Assembly: GCF_018350175.1 (NCBI RefSeq)
Contig: NC_058368.1
Location: forward strand, 163,000,001 to 163,064,000
DNA from: Felis catus
Lineage: Eukaryota
Length of the DNA: 64,000 nucleotides
Direction of reading: 5' to 3'
The position numbers and the translations under genes were made by a program. Of this stretch, positions 24,127-37,100 are shown piece after piece. The notes under the pieces were generated by a model. The model was not told the origin of the DNA. It saw only the letters and a program-made list of their open reading frames with translations, and made no database searches. Each line of letters begins with the position of its first letter. Position 1 is the stretch's first letter.

Positions 24127-24981
24127 ATTTAGTTTTTAAAGGTTAAAAAAAATCCATGCAGACATAATACCAACAGCAAAGTATTCAAAACAATTTAATA
24201 CAAGAGTGAATAAGCTTGTCTCAAACAAAAGAATCATCAAAGAAACGGATTAATGTGTTCCCTTTGTTCTAGCACCATCCGTCTCTATAAGATGTTGCTT
24301 CTTTTGAAATCAGCTGAAGATTAATTATGTATATGGGACACATTGGGGGGCACTGAAAGAGGAGAATTGGGCCACAAGTGCTCATATTTGGAAACAGATG
24401 GTTTGAAAATGAATAAAGGTAATTAATAATGATGATGTCTTGACTGCATGGAGCAGCTGTCCTCCTCAGAGCTCAAAAAGCTTCCTTTATTATCTCATTT
24501 ATCCTTTCTATGTTTAATCATGACATCAAGAATTGCATATATACACCTTATGTTTTGTTTTGTTTTGTTTTATATTTTGGGGAGTCCAGACAGTAACAAT
24601 TCCTCCTGATGCAATAGATCTATATTCATGGTTACAACTGCAATGTGTAAAAATACCCTGCAGGTTGTTCTAAATAATGGAACAAAAACATGAATACCAC
24701 AAATAGGTAAAATTGCTTGAGCAGGGTGGGAGGCAAGGTAGAGGAACTTGAAAATATTTGCTATAGAAATTCAAACCCAAGAATACTTCTCTATGTATCA
24801 GATAGTTTTTAAAATGTGGATGGAGATGGAAATGAGTTATTTATATAGGATCTGAACTAGAATATAAAGTATCTGATTACTAAATTAGAAAATACTTTTG
24901 GTTTTTTTTCCCATTGACACTATAACAACTTCTTTCCAGAATCCTAGAATTCTACCCTTGTGAATATTTTTAAAAACCCCA

Positions 24982-25141
24982 GGGGTTCCTGGGCGGCTCA
25001 GTTGGTTAAGCGTCCAACTTCGGCTCAGGTCATGATCTCACACTCTGTGAGTTCGAGCCCCACATCAGGCTCTGTGCTGACAGCTCAGAGCCTGGAGCCT
25101 GCTTCAGATTCTGTGTCTCCCTCTCTCTCTGCCCATGCCCT

Positions 25142-25180
<39 letters not shown>

Positions 25181-25200
25181 AATAAACATTAAAAAAAAAA
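24982..25200 (+). mobile_element. CanSINE
   Basis: Full element; TSD aaaaacccca / aaaaacccta. Confidence 0.97.
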
Positions 25201-26489
25201 CCCTAAAATACCTTTGTTTTTTTCCAAGAAATCCTACAAGTTAAAAGCATAATTTGTTAACATGGTAATCTAAGGAGAAATCTAATTTTTTAAACCTATT
25301 TAGTGAGAAATAGTAATCTGATAAGAGTATGCCAGCTTGGGAAGTATTTTTGAAAGTAAATTAAACATATACTTTACAAGAAATTAGCTTAACACTTGTG
25401 TTCCATACTTTATTATATTTAAGAACTGTACCTCAAAAAGCAGAAACTATGAGCGTTAGGGGTCCACCAGAAAATAGATCAAGTCTGACACCACCACCAC
25501 CACCCCCCCTTTTTTTTTTTTTTTTGCTTCTGGGTGGAGCCCTATATCTATGATCTCCTCTTCCATTTTTGGCTGCTTCCAGCTTCTCACTACAGCCCTA
25601 CTTTGTCCTCCTTCTCCAAACCTACTATCATGTATGCCTCCAGATATGAGAACAGCCATCAATCACTCTCTCTGTGTTTCTTCTCCTTTACTGAATAAAT
25701 CATAAGATGCTTTAAGGAGAAAGAAGGTAAAAATTTTCAGAACCTACGTCCAAGAGGAAAGCCCTCTTTTCTTAGGCAAAGCCTTTGATGAAGTTATTAC
25801 CACATTCCATTAGAATTTCTCTCAGTATTTTGAAAAGCTATGATTTCTTGTAATTTTCAGAGTATAATATTTCTCCATAAATTGCTTTACCTATTATTTC
25901 TCTTTAATTTTGAAATAGCTGCAATTCTGAGTGCATCTCTAGAGCTCACTCATGGCACTACTGGCCTGGGACTAACTTGTTCCATGGAAACATGAAGAGC
26001 CATAAGCATCATTAAATCAGTGCCAGTTTGACAAGGAATATCAAAGAAATTCAAAGCACCACAAAATCTGCTTCAGATTTAGGCTAGTTTCCAAGCTAAT
26101 TAAGTTCTTAGTAATTTTTGGAGAGTCCTGTCTGAACCCACGGTCATTCCTCATTCTTCAAGCCTTCAGCAGTTGTAGGCCCTACTCCCTCTGTGCAATT
26201 CCCAAATCTTTACTCCAAGTCTGCACATTGAATCATTAATCATTCAAAAACATTTTAGTGAAGTTCTAATATGTCTTAGGTACTGTGCTTGATACATTAA
26301 AAATAAGAGGAACAAAGAATAAAACAGAACTTCAAAAAGCTTGTATTCTAGTAACTCTTGGGAGACTATAAGGTAACAAGCATCAAGTAAGGAAAGTGTT
26401 AAGTAGCCTGGATATGAAGACAGGAATCCAGTAGAGTTCCAATATGTTCCTTTTTTATGACCCTTTAACTTTCTACTTCAAATCCAAAG

Positions 26490-26710
26490 CCAGTGCACGC
26501 TAGAGTATTTCTTCAGATGAGTTCAAATCCCAGGATTTAGACTTACTGTTAAGTTATCTGATTCTCTCAGCATTCATTTCCTCATCAGAGTTATAGGGAT
26601 GCACAATAGCTCCCTCACCAGAAGGCTGAAGGATTACATAACATGGTAGGTTACCCGGAAAGCACTTAGCACAATGCCTGGCCTCTATCAGTTGTCTACT
26701 AAGAACATGA
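26490..26710 (+). mobile_element. MIR
   Basis: gagttcaaatccca...tttcctcatc...aaagcacttagcacaatgcctggc. Confidence 0.75.
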
Positions 26711-26734
26711 TATAATCAGCATTTATAGAGGAGG

Positions 26735-26925
26735 GGTATTTTGGACCAGGATCTTTGCCAGGCTATTGCTCATATATCACCTCATTATTTCTCCACAGCA
26801 GCTTGAGAGTAAACCTCATTATTCTCATTTTATAAGAAGACTCATAAAGGAGACTTGCCTAATTTTACACAGCTAGCAAGGTGGAGGGTTAGATTCAAAA
26901 TCGTGCCTTTTCACTTGAAGTCCAA
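26735..26925 (-). mobile_element. MIR
   Basis: attctcattttata...gacttgcctaa...cacagctagcaaggtggag...gattcaaa. Confidence 0.7.
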
Positions 26926-29192
26926 AGTTTTTCCTTTATACATTTTCAAGGAACACACACCATCCTGGAAGAGACATCTCCCAGAGGACTTTCACAAGGT
27001 GCTCAGAGTTATTTAGTTCAGTTCGGCAACTCATGGGTCAAAGGTGTGCCACTGAAGTATGCCCTAGTCAACTTCGTGTAGGGGAAGGAAAATAAAGCCT
27101 CCTCCCTCAGGATGAGACAGAGAGCTTTTATGCTTTTCTCCTACAGAGAACATGTTGCTGCATTCTGCAGAATGAGAAGGGAAAAAGTGAGCTGATTGCT
27201 CTTTGTGCAATAATGAGATGGGTGGATTCTCGAAGTTACTGGTACCCCAAATGTTACGGAGCAATTGGCAGAGCCAGATATGTGGAAATGTTTCTCTGTG
27301 TCTCCTCCTTAGAACAAACCTCCAGAGAAGACAAAAGCTTCAGCATGAAAGGCAAGATCATAAGCAGTAAATGCCAGAAGACTATCAAAGGACTCAGAAG
27401 CCTTAGAGAGTCCTTAGCTCTCCTTTATAAACTTGTCTGAATGGAGGCCAGGTTCTATCCCCATGTGCCTTTGGAGTTGAGTTGCATGATAAAAGGCAAA
27501 TGTGTCAATTTAACATTAATGAACTCAGTGCTTGGCACTTGTATTAATATTTTTTTTTATTTGAAACAGTATGGGAAGCAGAATATCTAGTAGGTAAATT
27601 ACCACTTGGATTTATTTCAGCATTGTAAATCACCATCCATCATTCATGTGTAAATAAAAACCTGATAGTGTTTTTGGTCCATCCACTATATTAAGTTAAA
27701 GATTAATAATTGCTCCACTTTGTTTTCACTTTTACTATGCAACCTATTTCCCAAGTCTTATATATCTTTGGCTATATTTCTAATCCACTGGACAGGAAAT
27801 TTGATTCTAAAGTCTGTGTAATACGCTGTACATATTTTAGCATTATATAACAACAATCTTAGGGATACTTTCAGAAAAGATTTAAATTTTTAAATACTTT
27901 TGTATATATAGATTGTTTGAAATCAATGTCCTTAAACAATAAGACATTCTGCTGTTCTTTAGAATTTTAACATTACTCATACTACTTCTTGTAGAATCTG
28001 AGGCATTGTTGATTAGGACATGTGTATGCATACGCGCACGCGCACGTGTGTGTGTGTAACAAAGTTCATAATGCATTAGATCCCTCAGTATTTCTAAGAA
28101 AGAGGATTGTGTCTTCAATATATGACCTCTGCTTATTCCCAATCCATAGCTTCTTCAATGCTGTTCTCCAAACCAACTATTCATGATCCAAACTTTTTAC
28201 CTCAGTTGCTTCCCCTATATATTCATCCAGGTCAGTCCACACATATCATACCATAATACTACTTTTTCTAAACCAGCCATGAACTGACACAATTTTCCAT
28301 TCCCAGTGCCATTTAAGAGTCATGAAAAAAACACCTTCTCTGGACTTTTCATTCTTGAAAAGCTTAATGGCTTCTAACAGTTACCTTTACCTTTCTAACT
28401 TTCACAAACTTCTCCCATCTTTCTAAACAACATGATACTTGGCTCACATTTTTCTTCCCAACTTATATCCACTTCCATCGTCCTAAGTAACATATAATGT
28501 ATATATGAATTAGAAACCATCTTGACATCATGCTATTCTTGCCTTTCCTCACATTTATAGCAAACATTTACCTCTACCTCAGGACATTCACATTTTAAGA
28601 GCATCACATTGTCAAAATGTAGTACTCTATGACTCAAGTATCTAGTTCACTGCTTTCTTTTTCAACAGCAGCATCTTTCCCAAACATCTCTTATTCCCTC
28701 ACCAGCCCTACAATCACTCAGTTCACTACATTTCAATACATTTGCACCCTTGATGCCCTTGTGGCTTTATTTGATCCCTTTGTTTACTGAATCTGTGGGT
28801 TAACTTTTTCAAAGATTCATTTTTTCCAATTCAACTATCCAACAATATGCTAAGATCTATGAGGTGCAGAAGAAAAGTGGTATATGATTACTGTCCATAA
28901 CAACTTAATATGGAAGGCAAGATATTCTTGTGTGATGCTTCTCTTACTTCTGCAGAGAAGTGACAGTAACTTTTGTCTTAATTTAGCCTAGAGACAACAC
29001 AGTCTGTTTTCTAGTCATTTGTCCCCTTAAATTCAAACTCCATCTCCACATTAGTCAACACTATGCCTGAAGTGAAAGGTAGGACCGAGTAAAATGACCT
29101 CAATTTGGTTTCTCTTTGTATATAAGATCTTATGAAACTGTCTTGCACTCATTATGGAAAGTTATTCCTGCTTTAATTATTATGAGTTAAAT

Positions 29193-29389
29193 CTTTATTT
29201 TTTTGTTATTTGTTAGAGAGACCAAGCATAGAAGCAGGGGAGAGGGGAGAGAAAGGGAGAGAGAGAATCCCAAGCAGCTTCCATGCTCCCTGCAGAGCCT
29301 GATGCAGGGCTCAATCTCACCAACCGGGAGATCATGACCTGAGCTGAAATCAAGTCAAATTTTGACTAACTAAGCCACCCACGTGCCCC
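29193..29389 (-). mobile_element. CanSINE, older
   Basis: gaatcccaagcag...gagatcatgacctgagctgaaatcaag...gccacccacgtgcccc. Confidence 0.93.
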
Positions 29390-29458
29390 ATGAGTACTGC
29401 CTTTAAATTTTGTAGTGAATTTGGGAATAATTCACAATTTGTTAAAAACATGACCATT

Positions 29459-29825
29459 TGTAGTTAATTTTATGTGTTGATGCGGCTAAGCTGTGGTGGC
29501 CAGATGTTTGGTCAAACACCAGTTTGGATGTTGCTATAAAAGTTGTGTTTTTTTTAAGATGTGATTAACATTTAAATCCATAGACTTTGAGTAAAGCAGA
29601 TTACCCTCCATACTGTAGATGAGTCTCATCTAATTAATTGGAGACCTGAAAAGAAAAAAAATTGAAGTCTCCTAAGGAAGGAGGTATTCTGCCACTGCCA
29701 GTAGCAGAATACCTTTGAACTAGAGTTATACCAACTCTTCTCTGAGTCTCCAGCCTGCCAGCCTGCCCTACAGAACTGGGACCTAACAGTCCCCACAATC
29801 ATGTGAGCCAATTTCTGGGGTAAAA

Positions 29826-29865
<40 letters not shown>

Positions 29866-29905
29866 CCTATTGGTTCTGCTTCTCTGGAGAACCCTGGCTG
29901 GTGAA
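29459..29905 (+). mobile_element. MLT2 (ERVL) solo LTR with (CA)n
   Basis: gttaattttatgtgt...gactttgagtaaagcagattaccctcca...cctattggttctgcttctctggagaaccctg. Confidence 0.92.
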
Positions 29906-30619
29906 CCATACCATATTAATGAGTAAACCGACATTGTAAGATAAAGGTCCCTGACGCAGAAATCTCTCTTGTTGTGAATACTTCAAGGAACAATCTCTTG
30001 CTTAGTTTGCTTGGCATATTAAATCTTAGTAGAAATAGAAAATGCTAATTGTTGCATTAATAATCAAATATTTGGAAAAATTCAGTGTGTTGGTTCCATT
30101 TAAATAATTTGAATTGACTGTAGTTTCTCATTGGGTAGTGGGATTATCAAGACATGTAGATAGTTTCAAATATTACAGAAAGAAATTTATATAAACATAA
30201 AACTCAAAATCCATACCAAGCACTAATCTGTATATTCATTCAACAATGAGTCACCAATACGAATTTTTTCCCAACACATTACAGGGTTTCTTTTTCATAT
30301 TTATGTGTAAAAAAGTATCAGAGCAGCATTAACAAATAAAGTTGAGAAGACATTTTTCACTCCTTAGTCAGTGCCAGTCATCTGCAGAATAAGAAAGACA
30401 AAGATTTGCTATTTCATACTAAAATATGACTCTGGCTCAATATGATTCACTTTCTCACTGTAGGAAGTACAAAGGGACATAGTGGTTTTTTATTTGCTAT
30501 GTTGCAATAGAAAAGTGATAATAAGTAACACTAAAAATTTATGTTAGTAAAGTGAACTATAATTACAAATAAAGCAGATCTCACAGAAGATGGAAGGACA
30601 AGAAATCAAGCCACAATAG

Positions 30620-31070
30620 GAAGATATCTGGGAGAAAATTCAATGGGTGTAAGTCTAAAAAGTCTGATTATTTTCATAACAAGGTGTTTATGAAATTATC
30701 AGGGTCCATATGGACCAACTAGCTGTTGTTTTTGAGAATTTGAACAAAATTGGACAGGCTTCAGAAGACAAGAAAGGTGATTCTATTTTAGAGAGGAAAA
30801 TGTGAATAATTAGAGCAAAAAAAAATACTGGCACAGAAAGAATATCAAGAAGAAATCAAGGCCAAAATGATTTGCAAGATCCTTATGGAGGACAGTACAA
30901 TGGGACCTGCTTGTGCTCTTAAATAATAGGTTTTAAAATAGTAATTTAATCTATGCTAAGGTAACAGCCTTCATATGTTAGGACAGAGCTACACATTTTA
31001 ATCTCTTACAAATTTACCTAAGATTTTGCATGATGTTCTCCATTAACATTACAGGAAAATGAGTCCACAT
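30620..31070 (+). mobile_element. Ancient CR1/L3 LINE reverse-transcriptase region remnant
   Basis: Degenerate colinear resemblance to CR1 ORF2 motifs (PLAVIFE..PEDW..PIFKKG..NLIS..DFSKAFD.VSH), e.g. caactagctgttgtttttgagaat and ccagaagac-like tcagaagac. Confidence 0.6.
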
Positions 31071-31199
31071 ACGACAGCTATAGTACCTGTTAATTTACCA
31101 AACATAATTAGAAAATGAGACCTAATCCCTTCCAACCCCCAGTGAACTTTCTAGATAAAACAAGAAAGGAGATTGGGAAGGGACCCAAATAGTCATAGA

Positions 31200-31425
31200 C
31201 AGCATGGCACAGTTACATGTGCAGATTTGGTACTCAAACACCTTAAGTTTAAATCCTTGTTTTGTTTCTTAAAAATAACAAGATCTTGGGAAATTTACAC
31301 AATCTCCCCAAGATATACTTACCTTCTCTGTGAAATGGAATAATAATAGTGTCATTTTATGAAAAGCAAATAAAGTTATAAAAGTAAAAGACTTGTTACA
31401 GAGACTGTTCAATTAATGATAGTTC
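31200..31425 (+). mobile_element. MIR
   Basis: cagcatggcacagt...gatcttgggaaattta...ctgtgaaatggaataataatagt. Confidence 0.75.
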
Positions 31426-33131
31426 TAGAAAATTTAATAATTTATTAACTCATCTACTTTTCCCACTCAATTGTGAGTTTCTGAAGAACAAGAATTACAC
31501 ATTGCTCTTCTCTGTGTCTACTGCATATATTAGGAAGCCTAACACAGAGTGTGTACTTGATATAAATTCAATATCTCATATTTAGTATTCTTATTTTATA
31601 GTTAGTCATTTACATGGAGCAGATAATCCAAGTAAGCATAAAGAAAATGAAATAGGACAGTGCATGCTGGAGGAGGCAGGAAGGGAAGAAATATGACTTG
31701 TCTTATTGGAGGAAAGGGCTAATGAGCTCTCCATTGGTCAAGGCAAGTAAGACATCAGCCATCAGGGCAAGCAGATTAATAAAATAGCACCGGAAGCAGG
31801 AATACAGTCAGAGCTTTATTCTTAACACAAGCACCTTCCACTCCAGCCTCTTTTATACTTCCTGTTGAAATCATAGATATTCACAAGAAGAAACTATAAC
31901 CTGCTGATAGATAGAAGTATCTGGGTGTTTTCATGCCTCAGAAGAACTGAAGCTGAAATCAGATAACTGTTTATTCACTCCTTCAACACTGTGGAATACG
32001 TATTATGTACAAGGTGCTAAGAATACAAATATACATAATACACCGTCCTTGCCTCTTCATTGAAAGGGGCTGATAGGCAGCTGTGTAAACAAACTGGTAC
32101 AACAAAGTTATATAGGAGCTGGATATATGTATTTATATACATTTATATTTATGCACTCTCTGCCACTGCACTGAGAATGAAGGTCTTTGAGTGGACTCTA
32201 TACAGGAGGTAGACTTTAAAGGGTACATAATTAGGCTGTTCAGGGCAAAGGAATAGTGTCAGTTACTAACCTGAGCCTACACACAATGACAACACTCTAC
32301 ACTCTGACCCTAGTGCAGCTCCAGGCCCCAACCTGGTATGTAAAGTCATGTATAGCTTTTATGATACCTCACTTACACACTACTCACAGAGGTTTCCTGC
32401 ACTTTCAGGTTTAAGCTGTGTCAGGTAGTTGAGGTTGCTAGGAATCTGCCATCATTGCGTTATATGGGTTCATAAATGATTGAAGTGTCCAAGGGAGCAG
32501 TTATGAGTAGGTCATTATCAACCCTTGAGGAACTATCAGTCCTGAAGGAATATTTCATTGTGACTAATACTGCATTCAAGCATGCTTGCATTTTTCTTTG
32601 ATTTGGATAATGGAGACAATTATGCTTAATGAATCTAGAGGTGAAAGAAGGCCCAAAGGACTGAATTAGACCTTTTACAATCACGATAAAATTTGACTAG
32701 TGATTAGTATAAACTTGGCTAGTAAGTAGGGGCAGATACTAACATACTTAGGAAGAAATTTCAAATTAAGGAAAAATAAGCTAGACTTGATTGTGTATAA
32801 AAAAATATGGTGGAAAAAGTAGTAGAGTCACAGTATATAATAGTTGTCCTATGTGCTATATTTTTTTTTAGATTTCTCGACCTTGATAAAAACAAAAATC
32901 ACATTTCTAAAAGAACTTCAGAAACTGGAGAGTAATTAGGACAGTGCCATGAAAAGGTGTCATAGCTCAGTATTCTTTAGCTTTTCCTGTCATATATCTC
33001 ATAAACTATTCAAAGTCTCACCATAATAGCAGCACTAAACTCATTTCTTTCAATTACTTTTAAAGTTTATAAACATTTTGTTCTGTTGACTTCCTGTCAA
33101 TTGTTATAAAAACCCAGTGTCTCACTTAAAC

Positions 33132-33268
33132 CAGTGCTTTTCAATCCATCTGTGGCAACAAATTGATTTTTATTTGCAATCCATTAAAGGCCAATGCTTT
33201 TATAAAATACTATATAATAAACTACTAAGTAAATGAAATAGCAGAAACAGACATAAAAAACACAAACC
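33132..33268. mobile_element. hAT-Charlie non-autonomous element, left half
   Basis: Terminal inverted repeat (TIR) cagtgcttttcaa preceded by 8-mer acttaaac. Confidence 0.75.
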
Positions 33269-34638
33269 TTCAGCTTAACCTGCCCAACCAAGGCATCCTC
33301 TGCATAGAGGACCCCAAGACCACCCAGCCTGCACCTGTTTCAGATCCAACTATCCCACTCACTAGGGCATCTCCTGTATATAGTGCCCATGGACCTCCAC
33401 CCCATACCTGCTACAGTTCCAGCCAGCCAGCCAAAGTTCCCAGGCACACACAGTCTGCGCAAATCCTGCTCCTACACAGGGCAATTCCCTTAAAACTGGG
33501 AGAAGTAGCTGCTCCATCTAATTCATAGAAATAAACACCAAAGTTCAAGCAAAATGAGGAGACAGAGAAACATGCTCCAAACAAAGGAACAAGACAGAAC
33601 TTCAGACAAAGAATTAAATAACATGGAGATAAGCAATATACCTCATAAGAGTTCAAATTAATGGTCCTAAAGTTGTTCAACAAGATACACTATACATTAA
33701 TAATGAAGTTGCAGTAAGAGAAATCAAGAAAATAACTCCTTTTACACTTGCACCAAAAAGAAAAAATACCTAGGAATAAATTTAACGGAGGTGAAAGACC
33801 TATATTCTGAAAACGATAAGGCATCAGTGAAAGAAATTGAAGACAATATAAACAAATGGAAAGATATACCATGCTCATTATTAGAAGAAGAATATAGTTA
33901 AAATGTCCATACTATCTAAAGCAATCTACATATTCAATACAATCTCTATCAAAATTCCAATAGCATTTTTCAAAGAACTAGAATAATATTAAGATGTGTA
34001 TAAAACCACAAAAGATCCCAAATAGCCCAAGCAATCTTGAAAAAGAGAAAACCTGTAGATATCACAAACCCAAATATACTACAAAGCTATAGTAATCTGT
34101 CAATATGGTAGTGGCACAAAAACAGACACATAGATCAACAGAACTGGGTAGAGAGCTCTGGAATTAATCCACATTCACAAGGCCAATTAATCTACCAAAA
34201 GGAGGCAAGAATATACAAAGGGGACAGACAGTCTCCTCAACAAATCCTTTTGGGAAAACTGAACAGCTACATACAAAAGACTGAAACTGGACCACTTTCT
34301 TATATCACACATAAAAATAAACTGAAAATGGATTAAAGACCTAAATGTAAGACCTGAAAACATAAAACCACTAAGAGAAAACAGGCAATAATTTCTTAGA
34401 TATTGGCCTTAGCAACATATTTATGCATATATCTCCTCAAGCAAAGGAAACAAATGCAAAAATAAGCTATTAGAATTGCATCAAAGTTAAAATCTTTTGC
34501 ATAGCAAAGGTAACCATCAACAAAACAAAAAGGAGAAGATAATCACAAATAGTAAGGGGTTAATATCCAAAATATATAAACAACTTATACAACTCAACAT
34601 CAAAATAAACCAAATAATCTAATTAAGTAATGGGTAAA
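33269..34638 (+). mobile_element. L1-A (older, L1MA9/carnivore-type), 5' part with internal deletion
   Basis: ~70-bp 5' UTR monomers, ORF1 ATG at 33554, jump to late ORF2 at ~33686. Confidence 0.85.
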
Positions 34639-35892
34639 GAGTTCTTTGCAAGATAGAGCAACGTATGAGGACTCTAGGCTTGCCTCATCCTAAAAATACA
34701 ACTAGATAATCATCAAATCATCCTAAATACCCCATAAATTGATCTGAAGACTGGGAGAACAAACTCCACAACTAAACATAGAGAAGAGGACACATAAAAG
34801 AAGGTATCAAGTGCAGAGACACAGCATGGAAGAGAAATGGATCATGACCACTGTGGTAGGATGGAGCCATGGTCATGGAGAAGAGCAAGAGACAGTCTAG
34901 CACATTGGAAAGCATATGGTGAAAACAAATCTCCAAAGCAATTGGCTTGGAAGGTAAGGGGAGCCAAATTTTGTGAGTTCTTGCAATCAGCAGGGCTTAA
35001 AGCCTGGAGTTGTAAAGGTCAGTGTGAGAACTGAGAGAACTCAGAGGACACTGGAGTTTTAAACACAACTCCATCTGAGATAAAACTCTGGAGGGGGGGG
35101 TGACTCCAGGCAGGAAGACATCTTGGACATGGACAGGGTAGAGGCAGGGAATGGACAGAGACCTGAGACAAAGAGTGGGGGTGCTTGATCCCGGGTCAGT
35201 GAGAGAGCTAAGTTCCTGTGCCAGAGGGAGCTGGGTGAAGCCATTTCCACCTCTCTCGTGTATGGGCATGCACACATGCGCATGTGTGAACACTAATTCA
35301 CCTCAGTAAGCTAAGCAGCGTCACCTAGTGGAGAAGAGAGCTGTTACACCAAGCCTTGCCCATCTGCACCCTCCACACACATCCCCTAGAAGACCAGCAT
35401 AAGTCACTCTGCCTGTGTAGTGTATGGACTATATAGAGCTTCATATTTTCAATTCTAGGGAAACTGGATGTAACTTCATTGGAATTTGATTCTGTTTGCT
35501 AGTTTATTTATTTGTTCATTTTCTTTGCTTCTGTTTTTGCTTAAATAGTTTTTATTTTTTCTTTCTTTTTTTCTTTCTTTATTTTCTTCCTCATTCTTGT
35601 ATACAGAAAGAGAAAACTTTATATTTATTTTTATTTTTTTACTTTATTTTTTATTTTTAAAATTTTTATTCTCCTTCATTTTTTATTTCACTTTATTTTA
35701 TTATATTTATATTTTAAATTTTTAAATTTTTTCTTACCTTTTTAAATTTTATTTCTCTTTTTTCTCCATTCTGTTAAGCTTCCTTCAAAACTCAGACCAA
35801 ACACACCTAAGATCTAGCTTTCTTTACTTTATTTTTTGTTTTGTTAATTTTTTAATTTTCGTTTTTTTTATTAATTTTCTTCTTCCTCCAAA

Positions 35893-37000
35893 ATGACAAA
35901 ATGAAGGAAATTCATCCTAAAAGAAAGAACAGAAAGAAATGAAGCCAGGGGCTTAATCAACACAGATATAAGCACAATGACTGAACTAGAATTTAGAACC
36001 ATGATAATAAGAATACTAGCTGAGGTTGAGGGGTGTCTGGGTGACTCAGACAGTTAAGCATCCTACTTCAGCTCAGGTCATTATCTCGTGGTTCGTGAGT
36101 TCAAGCCCCATGTCAGGCTCTGTGCTAACAGTTCAGACCCTGGACACCGCTTCAAATTCTGTGTCTCCCTATCTCTGTCCCTCCCCCTGCTCATGCTCTG
36201 TCTCTCTATCTCTCTCGAAATAAATTAACATTAAAACTAAAAATAAAAAAAAAGAGAGTACTAGCTGGGGTTAAAAAAAGCATAGAATCCCTTTCTGTGA
36301 ATATAAAAGAAATAAAATCTAGTCCAGATGAAATTAAAAATGCTATACCAAGATGCAATCTTGAATGGATGCCATGACAGCAATGAAGCAGAGCAGCGAA
36401 TCAGCAGTTTAGATGATAAAATTATGGAGAATAATGAAGCAGAACAAAACAGAGAAACAAAGGCAAAAGATCATGATACAAGACTTAGAGAATTCAGTGA
36501 TTAATTAAAAAGGAATAACATTGGAACCATAGGAAACCCAGAAGATAGAGAGAAAAAGTGGCAGAAGGTTTACATTAGCAAATTATAGCAGAAAACTTTC
36601 CTAATCTGAGGAAGGACACAGACATCAAAATCCAAGAAGCACAGAGAACTCTCATTAGAATCAACAAAAACTGACCATCAGCAAGGCTTATCATAGTCAA
36701 ACTCACAAAATACACAGACAAGGAAATAATTATGAAAGAACCAAGGGAAAGAAGTCCTTAACTTGTAAGGGAAGACAGATCAGGTTTGCAGCAGACCTGT
36801 CCACAGAAAGTTGGCAGGCCAAAAATGAATGGCAAGATATATTCAATGTGATGAATCAGAAAAATATGCAGTCAATAATTATTTATCCAGCAAGTCTGTC
36901 TTTCAAAATAGAAGAAGAGATAAAGAGTTTCCAAGGTGAAATCTAACGTAGTTTGTGACCACTAAACCAGCCTGCAAGAAATTTTAAGGGAGACCCTTTG
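35893..37000 (+). pseudogene. L1-B ORF1p (RNA-binding/chaperone), disrupted
   Basis: ATG at 35893; AENFPNL, IQEAQR and IYPASL-type motifs; SINE insertion and stops. Confidence 0.85.
36030..36252 (+). mobile_element. CanSINE inserted in L1-B ORF1
   Basis: TSD approximately tactagctgaggtt / tactagctggggtt. Confidence 0.95.
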
Positions 37001-37100
37001 AGTGGAGAAAAGACAAAACAAAACAAAAAAGAGCAAAGGCAACAAAGACTAGAAAGGACCAGAGAACATTACCAGAAACACCAACTCAGCAGGCAACACA

